From the NCBI GenBank assembly GCA_009619095.1, contig WJOT01000043.1, forward strand, positions 1 to 57,308: a stretch of 57,308 bases of DNA, read 5' to 3'. Each line of letters starts with the position of its first letter. Within the stretch, counting starts at the first letter, position 1. The position numbers were made by a program, and so were the translations under genes. Source of the stretch: Clostridia bacterium. GTDB lineage: Bacteria; UBA6262; WVXT01. This document shows positions 9,652 to 19,301 of this stretch, piece by piece. The notes beneath the pieces are model-generated. The model had not been told where the DNA came from. It did no database searches and was given only the letters and a program-made list of their open reading frames with translations.

Positions 9652-10625
9652 AAATAGCCGCTATACTTCCACATCTGGAAGTTTTTGGAGGGGTTAGAAG
9701 GTATATCGAGATAGGGAACAATTTTATAAAAAGAGGCCATTCCTTCAGAATCTACCACTCAGATGGAAGTCGTCCCACCTGGCTGGAGTTTTCTGGTGAG
9801 ACAAGACCTGTAGAACAGGTAACTTTAGAAGAGAACGACATTGTAATATCCAGTGATTACTCAGCTGTTCATTACTTAGAAAGAGCCAAGGCAAAGAAGA
9901 AAATTTTCTATTGCCTTCTTGAGCACAAAAACAATCAAAAAGTATGTGTCAATAGAAAATTGCTCGTTATGGGAAACTCTACCGGAATATGTGATATGCT
10001 GAGACGCAAGTATAGGAGAGAATGCATTGAGGGAATTGGTGGGATAAATTCCGAAATATTCCATCCTGTGGAAACAAAGAAGGACAACCACCAGATAAAA
10101 ATTCTCTGTTATGGGAGGATCTACAAAAAGAGGAAAGGAATACAAAAAGTCGTCAAAGCAGTAGAACTGTTAAATAAGAGATATCCTTCTTTAAGGCTCC
10201 TGCTATTCGATACCCCTGTGGGCAATCCTCGACTCGATGCCCGACAAATGCTTCAGAGCAGAGTTCCAGTTACATTTTATACTGCTCTGCCCCAGGAAAG
10301 AATGGCCGAGCTCTACTCTCAAGCAGATATTTTTGTTAGTGCTGAAAAGAGAGCTGGATGGTCCAATCCTTGTGCTGAAGCCATGGCTTGTAAAGTTCCG
10401 GTAGTCTGCTCTCCTTCGGGGACGAGAGATTTTGCTGCCGATGGAGAAACCGCCCTAGTTTTTCGTTTTAGATATCCTTTTCTAATTGCAAAAAAGATAA
10501 GAAGACTAATTGAAGATAAAAATCTAAAAGAGCGGATAACAGAGCAAGGCTATAGGAAAATTCAACAGTATACATGGTCGAATCTCGTGGACAAGTTAGA
10601 AAAAGAATTTAAGCAACTCCTCTAG
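9648..10625 (+). CDS. Glycosyltransferase family 4
   Basis: GGVR N-terminus, KRKG, GWSNPCAEAMAC C-terminal GT-B motif. Confidence 0.85.
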   Translation: MKIAAILPHLEVFGGVRRYIEIGNNFIKRGHSFRIYHSDGSRPTWLEFSGETRPVEQVTLEENDIVISSDYSAVHYLERAKAKKKIFYCLLEHKNNQKVCVNRKLLVMGNSTGICDMLRRKYRRECIEGIGGINSEIFHPVETKKDNHQIKILCYGRIYKKRKGIQKVVKAVELLNKRYPSLRLLLFDTPVGNPRLDARQMLQSRVPVTFYTALPQERMAELYSQADIFVSAEKRAGWSNPCAEAMACKVPVVCSPSGTRDFAADGETALVFRFRYPFLIAKKIRRLIEDKNLKERITEQGYRKIQQYTWSNLVDKLEKEFKQLL

Positions 10626-10626
10626 A

Positions 10627-10719
10627 AAAAAGGGGACAGGCTACTTTTTCGAAAAAAGAGAACTGTCCCTTTTTCGGCGGCGCACAGTGAGGGCAAAAAA
10701 AGTAGCCTGTCCCCTTTTT
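10627..10719. repeat. MITE-like element with 23-bp perfect inverted repeats
   Basis: aaaaaggggacaggctacttttt (10627-10649) and its exact reverse complement (10697-10719); single ends recur near 39457, 39611, 41849. Confidence 0.8.
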
Positions 10720-10730
10720 GAGGAAGGACG

Positions 10731-11822
10731 ATGAGAGTCTGTTTTTTTGGCGGTTATAATCCTAAATATATACGTAATGTAATCATTAAAAAAGGTCTTA
10801 TAAAAAATGGCGTGGAAGTGGTAGAATGCCATACAAAGTCAAAATTTAAATTCTGGCTCAGATATCCCATACTATTCTTTCAACATCTTAAATTTTTTCT
10901 TATAAAATATGACTTTATTTTTGTTCCTGCTTTTCGGCACAAAGATGTTCCTCTGGCCAAGCTTCTGGGACTTTTAACCAATAAGCCTGTAGTTTTTGAC
11001 CCATTAGTTTCCAGATATGAAACTAAAGTTGTCGACCAGAAGAAAGTGGCACCATATTCCATGCAGGCAAGACACAATTTTAGGATAGACAAATTGTCCT
11101 TTAAACTTGCGGACATAGTTCTGGCAGATACCTTTGCTCACGCAGACTATTATGCCAGGGAATTTGGCATAAAGAGAAATAAATTTAGTCGGGTTCCAGT
11201 AGGAGTGCCTGACGAACTTTTTTCTCTATTTAAAACTAGGGGCAAAGAGGAAAATAAAAAAGGAAACAATTTTCTCGTTCAATTTTATGGGTCCTTCCTT
11301 CCCTTGCAGGGAATAGAGCATATTGTGCAAGCAGCCAGGATAGTGGAGACGAAGGATAGGGCCATTCGCTTCGAATTGATAGGCTCGGGGCAGACCTTTC
11401 CTATGATTAAAAAGTTGGCCGAAGAACTGGGATTAAAAAATATAGTTTTACGAGACTGGGTTCCTTTTAACGAGTTACCAGAGGTAGTTTCCCGTGCCCA
11501 CATCTGCCTGGGAATATTCGGGAATACGGAGAAAGCATTGAGGGTAGTTCCTAACAAAGTCTTTCAATGCTTATCTTTAGAGAAGCCTGTAATTACTGGA
11601 AGAACTCCCGCTATTCTCGAATTTTTTGTGGATGGAGAGAACATTTTCCTCTGTGAAGGGGCAGATGCTGACTCTTTAGCCAAAGCAATTATGCTACTAA
11701 AAGATAATGAAGAATTGCGAAAAAAAATAGCCAAAAATGGATATAAATTAATTCAAGAAAACTTTACTTCAGAATTGATTGGCAGGCAAGTAAAAGAAAT
11801 CTTAACTAAGACTTTAGTGTAA
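10731..11822 (+). CDS. Glycosyltransferase family 4
   Basis: YGSFLPLQG, LGIFG, VVPNKVFQ GT-B motifs. Confidence 0.85.
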   Translation: MRVCFFGGYNPKYIRNVIIKKGLIKNGVEVVECHTKSKFKFWLRYPILFFQHLKFFLIKYDFIFVPAFRHKDVPLAKLLGLLTNKPVVFDPLVSRYETKVVDQKKVAPYSMQARHNFRIDKLSFKLADIVLADTFAHADYYAREFGIKRNKFSRVPVGVPDELFSLFKTRGKEENKKGNNFLVQFYGSFLPLQGIEHIVQAARIVETKDRAIRFELIGSGQTFPMIKKLAEELGLKNIVLRDWVPFNELPEVVSRAHICLGIFGNTEKALRVVPNKVFQCLSLEKPVITGRTPAILEFFVDGENIFLCEGADADSLAKAIMLLKDNEELRKKIAKNGYKLIQENFTSELIGRQVKEILTKTLV

Positions 11823-11827
11823 AAAGA

Positions 11828-12907
11828 TTGGATACTGTATTACATATCGATTCAGCAAAAACGTGGAGAGGTGGCCAGCAGCAAGTTCTCTATCTTGCGA
11901 AGAGGTTAACAGATTACGATAACGTAATTGCCTGTCCTCCTCAAAGCCCTCTGGCAGAAAGAGCAAAAGCTATAGGGTTAAAAGTTTTGCCAGTCCAGAT
12001 GCATGGAGAATGGGATCTCCTGGCAGTATGTAAATTAAAAAAGATAATAAGAAAAAACTCTATCGATATAGCTCATCTCCATTCTTCCCACGCGCACGCA
12101 TTGGGTCTTTTGGCAGCAAAAAGTAGTGGAAATTGCAAGGTTGTTCTCTCCCGGAGGGTAGACTTTCCCATTAAGAAGAATATACTCAGTCGAGCGAAGT
12201 ATTCAAACGTTGACAGGATAATAGCAATTTCTGAGAGAGTTAAAAGGGTTCTTGTGACTGATGGATTACCGGAAGAGAAGATCGATGTTGTTTATAGCGG
12301 GGTAGATATACAGCGATTCCAGAACGTAAAAGCGAACCGTCTTATTTCTGAATTAACGCCCAATAGAGACAAGTTAATCATAGGGAATATTGCCGCGCTT
12401 ACCTGGGATAAAGACCACAAAAGTCTTATTGAGGCAGCAAGAATTGTGGTAGATGAATTTTCTGAGGTAATCTTTTTAATAGCAGGAGAAGGCCCTCTTC
12501 GTAGAGAAATAGAGATTCTAATTAAAAAATTTAATTTAAAAGAAAAGGTGAAATTATTGGGATTTCGCCAGGATATTCCAGAAATTCTTTCTGTCCTCGA
12601 TCTGTTTGTGCTTTCTTCCAGCTGGGAAGGATTAGGCACTTCTCTCCTGGATGCCTTTGCTTCTCGAGTTCCTGTAGTGGCTACCAATGTAGGAGGAATC
12701 CCGGAGATTGTGAGAGACGGAGTAAATGGAATTTTAGTCCCCCCGGGAAATCCAGACGCTTTAGCTGGAGCCGTTATTTCTCTTCTGAAAAATAGAGACC
12801 TTGCACGACAAATGGCAGAAGAAGGTTTTCGACTGGTAAAAGAGAAGTTCAGTATAGAGAGGATGGTTGAGGAGACAAGAAAGATTTACGACCGTCTGGT
12901 CGCGTAG
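11828..12907 (+). CDS. Glycosyltransferase family 4
   Basis: WRGGQQQ, SRRVDF, EGLGTSLLDA, VGGIPE. Confidence 0.9.
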   Translation: MDTVLHIDSAKTWRGGQQQVLYLAKRLTDYDNVIACPPQSPLAERAKAIGLKVLPVQMHGEWDLLAVCKLKKIIRKNSIDIAHLHSSHAHALGLLAAKSSGNCKVVLSRRVDFPIKKNILSRAKYSNVDRIIAISERVKRVLVTDGLPEEKIDVVYSGVDIQRFQNVKANRLISELTPNRDKLIIGNIAALTWDKDHKSLIEAARIVVDEFSEVIFLIAGEGPLRREIEILIKKFNLKEKVKLLGFRQDIPEILSVLDLFVLSSSWEGLGTSLLDAFASRVPVVATNVGGIPEIVRDGVNGILVPPGNPDALAGAVISLLKNRDLARQMAEEGFRLVKEKFSIERMVEETRKIYDRLVA

Positions 12908-12911
12908 GGTT

Positions 12912-12934
12912 TGGAGTCCTCCCGAAAGGGAGGG
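12912..12934. repeat. GGAGTCCTCCC-GAAA-GGGAGGG hairpin repeat
   Basis: Identical to copies at 6734, 39496, 44638; variant at 45564. Confidence 0.8.
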
Positions 12935-12983
12935 TTAATGTACTGCAGGGCTTTATCCCCGTAATGGTTTTAGGAGAATTCCA

Positions 12984-13901
12984 ATGAACATCTTTCATTA
13001 CTACCCCAAGGTCTTACCTGTGAAAAAGTATGGAGGAACAGAGAGGATGGCTGTTAATTTAATGAAAGAACAGGTAAACAGGGGACATAAGGTATATCTA
13101 CTCACCCTGACCGGCACGCATTTACCTTCTATAAATGTCACCACAACAAAGAAACCCATACGAAATTTTGAAGATTATATTCCTGACAATATAGACATTG
13201 TTCAGCTATATAGCACACCACAAGAGCCTCCCACGAAACCCTATTTAGTCATGATTGGGGGAAATGGCAAGCCGGGGGAAAAGTTTCTACCCAATACAGT
13301 ATTTGTGAGTAGAAACCATGCTATTCGCCATGGGAGTAGACATTATATTTACAATGGAATCAAACTCGAGTATTTTACGTACAATGAGAAAAAAGAAAAC
13401 TATTTTCTCTTCTTATCAAAAGTCTCTTGGAAAGTTAAGAATGTAGATTTTGCCATAAGATTAGCGAAGATGATGGGATTCAAACTGATCGTTGCTGGAG
13501 GGTGGAGGCTCTCTTTTAGAAGGAACATCAAATTTGTAGGAGAGGTAGATGCTAAAGAGAAAGCAGAGCTTTTGGCAGGAGCAAAAGCCCTTATTTTTCC
13601 CACAAACTGGGAGGAACCATTTGGTCTGGTGACCATAGAAGCGTTGGCTTCAGGAACACCTGTTATCACCACTAATAAGGGAGCAATGCCTGAGTTAGTT
13701 ACTCCTGATGTTGGTTTTCGCTGTAACACCTTTGAAGAATTCCAGGAAGCCATAAACAGAGCTGATGAAATCAGTCCCAGAAAATGTAGAGAAAGAGTAG
13801 AGGAGAATTTTACAGCCGAAATCATGACCGGGAAGTATATAAAGGCATATGAGAAAATAATTCAAACGGGGAGCTTAGAAGGATTAGGAGAAGAAAATTG
13901 A
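12984..13901 (+). CDS. Glycosyltransferase family 4
   Basis: YGGTER, WEEPFGLVTIEALASGTPVI. Confidence 0.9.
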   Translation: MNIFHYYPKVLPVKKYGGTERMAVNLMKEQVNRGHKVYLLTLTGTHLPSINVTTTKKPIRNFEDYIPDNIDIVQLYSTPQEPPTKPYLVMIGGNGKPGEKFLPNTVFVSRNHAIRHGSRHYIYNGIKLEYFTYNEKKENYFLFLSKVSWKVKNVDFAIRLAKMMGFKLIVAGGWRLSFRRNIKFVGEVDAKEKAELLAGAKALIFPTNWEEPFGLVTIEALASGTPVITTNKGAMPELVTPDVGFRCNTFEEFQEAINRADEISPRKCRERVEENFTAEIMTGKYIKAYEKIIQTGSLEGLGEEN

Positions 13902-14776
13902 AGGTAAGCGGATTTACTTTTATGAAAGACGCTATAAAATTTTCATTTCCTGTAGTAGAGTCGATCAAATCCATACTACCCATCTGTGATGAGCTTATAG
14001 TAAATGTAGGGAAGTCTGATGATGGCACTTTGGATGCGATCAGTGCAATTAAGAGCGAAAAAATCAAGATAATCAAGTCGGAATGGGATGCAAACTTCAA
14101 GTATAAGGGCCGAATTCTGGCACAGCAAACAGACATTGCCCTGGCGAAATGTACAGGCGATTGGTGTTTCTACTTACAGGCTGATGAAGTAGTCCATGAG
14201 CGAGATCTAGACAGGATATTAAAACGCATGGAAGAAGAACTTTCCGATGAGAGAGTGGAAGGGCTTATATTTAACTGGATACATTTCTACGGAGATTACT
14301 CAACTTTCATAAACTCATACCACTGGTATCAACGCGAGGTGAGAATAATCAGGAATTTTCGAGGCATATCTTCCTGGAGCGATGCCCAGGGTTTCAGGCT
14401 CAATGGAAGGAAATTGAGGGTAAGAGATACTGGTGCTTACATCTACCACTATGGTTGGGTGCGACTTCCTAAAGCAATGGCAACAAAGAAACGCTATCAA
14501 GACTCCCTTTATCACGGGAACGGTTGGGAAAAGGAATATAAGGAAGAAAAGTTCGAATTTCTTAAACACATCGATCCCGCCATGCTCAAGAAGCATGAAG
14601 GCAACCACCCTAAAGTAATGGGGAAAAGAATCAATGAGTGGCAAGGAAAATTCGATATTTCAGATAGCACTCATAGATTGACATTTAAAGACATAAGAAA
14701 TAGGATTTCAGATTTCATTGCCAGGAGGACAGGCTGGAAGATCGGAGAGTACAAAAATTTTATTCTAATAAAATGA
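13898..14776 (+). CDS. Glycosyltransferase family 2
   Basis: KVSGFTF, SDDGT, YLQADE, HFYGDY, YHYGWVR. Confidence 0.88.
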   Translation: MKVSGFTFMKDAIKFSFPVVESIKSILPICDELIVNVGKSDDGTLDAISAIKSEKIKIIKSEWDANFKYKGRILAQQTDIALAKCTGDWCFYLQADEVVHERDLDRILKRMEEELSDERVEGLIFNWIHFYGDYSTFINSYHWYQREVRIIRNFRGISSWSDAQGFRLNGRKLRVRDTGAYIYHYGWVRLPKAMATKKRYQDSLYHGNGWEKEYKEEKFEFLKHIDPAMLKKHEGNHPKVMGKRINEWQGKFDISDSTHRLTFKDIRNRISDFIARRTGWKIGEYKNFILIK

Positions 14777-14802
14777 GGAGTAGCAGACTTCAGTCTGCGT
14801 TT
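14777..14802. repeat. GGAGTAGC-type REP hairpin
   Basis: ggagtagcagacttcagtctgcgttt; near-identical copies at 20294 and 26489. Confidence 0.75.
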
Positions 14803-14826
14803 CACCAAGTATAAAGGAGGGGTAAC

Positions 14827-15261
14827 TTGGCAGAGACATTGGGAAGTTTAGTTGACAAATTAACTATCAAGAACATTAGACTCAACAATTTAAGAAAAAA
14901 AGGGAGTAAGAAGAAGATAAATATAGTTCAGTCCCAGCGTAAAGAGTTGATTGAGGAAATGAATCAATTTTTAGCTCGGGCATTGAAGAGAAAAGTAAAG
15001 TTAAAAGATGAAAAGGTGAAGCTGTATAAACAGCCCAGGGTGGAAGAGAAGATTTTGGCAACGCTGGGAGCCTTAGTGGATCGTCTGTGTCAGAAAAATA
15101 TGCAGCTCTGGCATCTTGAAGACGAAGCCAGAAGGTCTGATGTGAATGACGCCTATATTGGAAGGATTAAGAGAAAAATAGACATCACTAATCTAAGTCG
15201 CAATGACCTCATTGACCGAATTGACGGATTGCTGGAGAGAAAAGTCAAGAAATCAGAATGA
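14827..15261 (+). CDS. DUF4254-like protein (two internal helical repeats)
   Basis: LWHLEDEARR..KRKID..N..RNDLIDRID and ETLGSLVDKL..QRKEL motifs; strong RBS aaggagg before TTG. Confidence 0.75.
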   Translation: MAETLGSLVDKLTIKNIRLNNLRKKGSKKKINIVQSQRKELIEEMNQFLARALKRKVKLKDEKVKLYKQPRVEEKILATLGALVDRLCQKNMQLWHLEDEARRSDVNDAYIGRIKRKIDITNLSRNDLIDRIDGLLERKVKKSE

Positions 15262-16292
15262 TATTACAAGAATTCCGGAGGATTTTGATTATAAGGTTAA
15301 GTGGGATAGGTGACATTGTACACACCCTTCCCCTTTTGGGAGCTTTGAGAAAAAGGTACCCCTATGCATATATTGCCTGGCTGGTCCAGAAAAAGGCAGA
15401 AGAGCTCCTCCTCGGACATCCCTACCTGGATGAAGTCATTACCTTTGACAGGGATAGGTGGATTAGTAGAGTGTGGCCGCTTATAAAGAAATTAAGGAAC
15501 AGGAAATTCGATCTTGTAGTAGATTCCCACGGCCAATTCCGCAGCGGACTATTTGCCTATATAACAGGCGCAAAGACGAGGCTCGGCTTCGATTCCAAGA
15601 ACGGCAGGGAATTCAACTCACTATTTATTAATTTTAAAGCTCCTCCATTTCCTGAAGATTGGCACGCAGTGGAGAGGTACCTCGCCTTAGCCAATCTTTT
15701 AGGAGCACAGATAGAAACGAAAGAATTTTTAATTCAAATTGGAGAACCTGAAAAGGAGTACGTGGAACGATTTTTAGAAGGAGAAGGGATAGAGAAAGAA
15801 GAATTTCTAATTGCTTTAAATCCTGGTTCAAGCTGGAAGAGCAAAATTTGGCCAAGCAAGAACTATGCTCACCTGGCAGATATTCTCATAAAAAAGTTTA
15901 AAGCGAAAACAGTATTCCTCTGGGGTCCTGGGGAAGAAAATCTAATTGAATCTATAAATAGTCTAATGGAAGAAAAACCCCTAATTGCTCCCAGGACAGG
16001 TCTCAAAGAATTAGCTTCTCTTATTTCCAGGTGCACACTGTTCATAGGGAGCGACAGCGCACCACTCCATATTGCTTCATCTTTCTCTATTCCTTCAATT
16101 GGACTTTATGGGCCCACCGATCCCCAAAGAAATGGCCCTTACGGTTCAGGGAATGTTGTCATCAAGAAAGACTTAAGTCTACTCTCCTGCCGCAGAAAGG
16201 GTTGTAGAAAATGCAAGATTCAGGATTGCATGGAGCTTATAACAGTGGAAGAAGTTGTAAAGCAGGTAAAAGATAAAATAAAAAAATTATAA
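15258..16292 (+). CDS. waaC: Lipopolysaccharide heptosyltransferase I-like (GT9)
   Basis: IRLSGIGDIVHTLP, HAVERYL, NPGSSW, GSDSAPLHIA, LYGPTDP..GPY. Confidence 0.75.
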   Translation: MILQEFRRILIIRLSGIGDIVHTLPLLGALRKRYPYAYIAWLVQKKAEELLLGHPYLDEVITFDRDRWISRVWPLIKKLRNRKFDLVVDSHGQFRSGLFAYITGAKTRLGFDSKNGREFNSLFINFKAPPFPEDWHAVERYLALANLLGAQIETKEFLIQIGEPEKEYVERFLEGEGIEKEEFLIALNPGSSWKSKIWPSKNYAHLADILIKKFKAKTVFLWGPGEENLIESINSLMEEKPLIAPRTGLKELASLISRCTLFIGSDSAPLHIASSFSIPSIGLYGPTDPQRNGPYGSGNVVIKKDLSLLSCRRKGCRKCKIQDCMELITVEEVVKQVKDKIKKL

Positions 16293-16309
16293 ATGGTAGA
16301 AAGTAAAAG

Positions 16310-16930
16310 ATGGATGTAGAAGAATACAAAAGAACCAGATATAAAGGTATTGACCAGAAGGTAGTTAACAAGAGGGAACGCAAGATACTGGAGAAAATTT
16401 TTGAGTCTATAGAAGAGAAGTCCATTTCAATACTGGACGTTCCCTGTGGCTATGGGCGCTTTTCCGAGTTGCTCCTGAAAAAAAGTCTCAATTTAACCAG
16501 TGCAGATGTCTCTTTTCCCATGGTTCTAACTACCAGAAAATATTCTCTTCCTACTAATTCCCCTCACCACTTCTTGGTAGGAGATATAAAGCACTTACCC
16601 TTAAAAGATAATTCCTTCGATTGCATCGTCACCATAAGATTATTCCAGCACATCCTTCATTCCAGCGCCCGATTTCAGATTTTAAAAGAACTTCACAGAG
16701 TGGCAAAAAAAATCGTCATACTCTCATTTTATCGCTATAATCTCTTACATAGTGTAGAAAGATGGGTGAGATGCCGGATTAAAAATGTCAACAAGAAGAT
16801 AAGCATGTTGCCCCTCGGTGCTTTTGAGAAGGAATTAAGTTCCATTGGATTTAAAGGCTTAAAGCTGTTTCCTGTGATGAGATACTTTCATGCTCATAAT
16901 ATTGTTTTATTACAAAAGTTTAAGCCATAA
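16310..16930 (+). CDS. Class I SAM-dependent methyltransferase
   Basis: ILDVPCGYGRF motif I; LPLKDNSFD. Confidence 0.85.
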   Translation: MDVEEYKRTRYKGIDQKVVNKRERKILEKIFESIEEKSISILDVPCGYGRFSELLLKKSLNLTSADVSFPMVLTTRKYSLPTNSPHHFLVGDIKHLPLKDNSFDCIVTIRLFQHILHSSARFQILKELHRVAKKIVILSFYRYNLLHSVERWVRCRIKNVNKKISMLPLGAFEKELSSIGFKGLKLFPVMRYFHAHNIVLLQKFKP

Positions 16931-16964
16931 GATGCTGTAAAATTTAATGGGGGGATGAGGGCGT

Positions 16965-17040
16965 GGAGTGTCAAACGAAAGTTGTAGGGGCGACATTTAT
17001 GACGCCCGATAATGCGGGTTCGATAAATCGAACCCCTACA
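16965..17040. repeat. REP cluster: GGAGTGTCAA remnant followed by GTAG-type inverted REP doublet
   Basis: ggagtgtcaaacgaaagt; tgtaggggcgac..gacgccc and gggttcgataaatcgaacccctaca. Confidence 0.75.
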
Positions 17041-17214
17041 AAGCAAAAAAGTCCCCCAAACTTCTTGACACTAACAAGCCATAATTTGTATTAGTAATTA
17101 TTTCAATTATATGCTAAAATAAAAGATTGAGTTTTGTGGAGATATGTTCCTTTTCGCTATCTCCTCTCCCTTGGGAGAGAGGGTGAGGGGGCATGAGGCA
17201 CTTTTAAAGAAAGA

Positions 17215-17958
17215 ATGAAAATTATAGGGATCATTCCAGCCCGCTACGATTCGAAGCGTTTTCCAGGTAAAGTATTAGCCGACATCCTCGGTAAACCCTT
17301 GATTCAGAGAGTCTACGAACAAGCAAAGAAGGCGGAACTTCTGAACGACATCCTGGTAGCCACAGATAACGAGGAAATTTTCAAAGTAGTTGAAAATTTT
17401 AGAGGCAAAGCAATAATGACCTCTTCTAACTGTAGAAGTGGTACTGACAGAGTAGCTGAAGTAGCCAAAGGGTTAAATGCAGATATCTTCGTAAACATTC
17501 AAGGGGATGAACCTCTGATTTCTCCAGAAGTTATATCAAAAGTGGCACAAGCATTAATTGAAGATAAAACTATCGATATAGCCACCGTTGCCCGGAAAAT
17601 AATTGCACAAGAAGAACTCAATAATCCCGATGTAGTTAAAGTGGTAATAGACAATGGTGGATTTGCTCTCTATTTTTCTCGTGCACAAATCCCCTATGTT
17701 AGGGATTCGTTAGAGTTGGAAAGTCTCGGTTCTGTCTGTTGCAAACACATCGGCCTCTATGCCTACAGGAGAGACTTTCTTCTAAATTTTGTCCAGATGA
17801 AACAGACCCCTTTAGAGAAAATTGAGGACTTAGAACAAATGAGGGCTTTGGAGAATGGATACAGAATAAAAGTAGTAATTACAGAGTGCGACTCCATTGG
17901 CGTGGACACTCGGGAAGACCTGGAAAAAGTCAGAAAAATATTGAAAAATTCTGGATAA
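17215..17958 (+). CDS. kdsB: 3-deoxy-manno-octulosonate cytidylyltransferase
   Basis: IPARYDSKRFPGK, SGTDR, NIQGDEP, HIGLYAY, LEQMRALE. Confidence 0.97.
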   Translation: MKIIGIIPARYDSKRFPGKVLADILGKPLIQRVYEQAKKAELLNDILVATDNEEIFKVVENFRGKAIMTSSNCRSGTDRVAEVAKGLNADIFVNIQGDEPLISPEVISKVAQALIEDKTIDIATVARKIIAQEELNNPDVVKVVIDNGGFALYFSRAQIPYVRDSLELESLGSVCCKHIGLYAYRRDFLLNFVQMKQTPLEKIEDLEQMRALENGYRIKVVITECDSIGVDTREDLEKVRKILKNSG

Positions 17959-17967
17959 GGAGGTTTT

Positions 17968-18138
17968 ATGGCCATTAACAAAGAGCTATTAGATATTTTA
18001 GCCTGCCCCAAATGCAAGGGCAACGTCCATTTAAATGAAAAAGAAGATGGGATAATCTGTGATGGCTGTAAACTGATGTATCCTATTAAAGACGACATTC
18101 CCATAATGTTAATCGATGGAGCTATTCCATTAAAATAG
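17968..18138 (+). CDS. Trm112/YcaR-like small protein (56 aa, not in the ORF track)
   Basis: Manual translation MAINKELLDILACPKCKG...CDGCKLMYPIKDDIPIMLI; RBS aggagg; usual neighbour of kdsB. Confidence 0.9.
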   Translation: MAINKELLDILACPKCKGNVHLNEKEDGIICDGCKLMYPIKDDIPIMLIDGAIPLK

Positions 18139-18195
18139 CACTTGGGTTTTTGTAGTGTAGGGTTTTATGCCCGTATTGTCTTTCAAGGAAATTAA

Positions 18196-19029
18196 ATGGT
18201 AAAAATAGTAAAAATCGGCCATATTGAAATCGGAGGAAACAGACCTCTGGTTCTGATTGCTGGGCCCTGCGTTATCGAATCGGAAGACCAGGTCAGAAAG
18301 ACAATAGAAGGATTAAAAGAGATTACAGGTGAAATAAACATCCCCTTTATTTTCAAGTCTTCTTACGATAAAGCCAATCGAACTTCCATCAAGTCCTATC
18401 GGGGTCTTGGATTGGACAAGGGATTGGAGATTTTAGAGAAAGTCAAAAGAGAATTCGATATTCCATTGCTAGTCGATGTTCATCAGATAGAAGAAGTTAA
18501 ATTGGTTAGCAAGGTAGCCGATATCTTACAGGTTCCGGCATTCTTATGCCGACAGACTGACCTTATCATATCCATAGCCAAGACAGGGAAACCAATAAAT
18601 GTAAAGAAAGGGCAATTCCTTGCCCCCTGGGATATGCAGAATGTAATAGAAAAAATAGAATCGACTGGAAACAAAAATATCCTGTTGACAGAAAGAGGAA
18701 GTTGTTTTGGTTACAATAATTTAGTTGTAGACATGAAATCTTTACCCATAATAAGGTCCTTTGGCTATCCTGTAGTTTTCGATGCCACCCACAGTGTTCA
18801 AAAACCAGGGGGAAAGGGAACCACCACTGCCGGGGAGAGAGAATATGTTCCTTTCCTTGCTCAGGCAGCAGTAGCAACAGGCATTGATGGACTTTTTTTA
18901 GAGGTTCATCCACAACCAGAGAAAGCTCTAAGCGATGGCCCAAATATGATTAGATTGAGTCGAGTAAAAGAGCTATTGGAAAGACTAATAAAAATAGATA
19001 AAGTAGTCAAGACAACCTGTAAAGAATAA
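18196..19029 (+). CDS. kdsA: KDO8P synthase
   Basis: [45 protein letters not shown]. Confidence 0.98.
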   Translation: MVKIVKIGHIEIGGNRPLVLIAGPCVIESEDQVRKTIEGLKEITGEINIPFIFKSSYDKANRTSIKSYRGLGLDKGLEILEKVKREFDIPLLVDVHQIEEVKLVSKVADILQVPAFLCRQTDLIISIAKTGKPINVKKGQFLAPWDMQNVIEKIESTGNKNILLTERGSCFGYNNLVVDMKSLPIIRSFGYPVVFDATHSVQKPGGKGTTTAGEREYVPFLAQAAVATGIDGLFLEVHPQPEKALSDGPNMIRLSRVKELLERLIKIDKVVKTTCKE

Positions 19030-19045
19030 GACTCTGGAGGTACAT

Positions 19046-19231
19046 ATGCGTTGTCCAAAATGTGGGCATGACAACAAAGAGAATGCCAAATTTTGTGTAA
19101 AATGCAAAGCAGACATTAGACCTGTTCTGATAGAAGAACCAACCTGGAAATGGCATCTAAAAGTTTTAGCAATCATTTATGCTGTTTTAGGTATCGCTTA
19201 TATTTTGTTGCGAATATTCCTGAAAGATTAA
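19046..19231 (+). CDS. Zinc-ribbon membrane protein
   Basis: CPKCG..N...AKFCVKC plus C-terminal TM helix; RBS ggagg. Confidence 0.75.
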   Translation: MRCPKCGHDNKENAKFCVKCKADIRPVLIEEPTWKWHLKVLAIIYAVLGIAYILLRIFLKD

Positions 19232-19301
19232 TTTCCGATTCTGTAGGGCTGTGATGATAAATTCCCCTCTTTCCTTGGGGGAGAGGGAGAAGGGGTATCT
19301 T

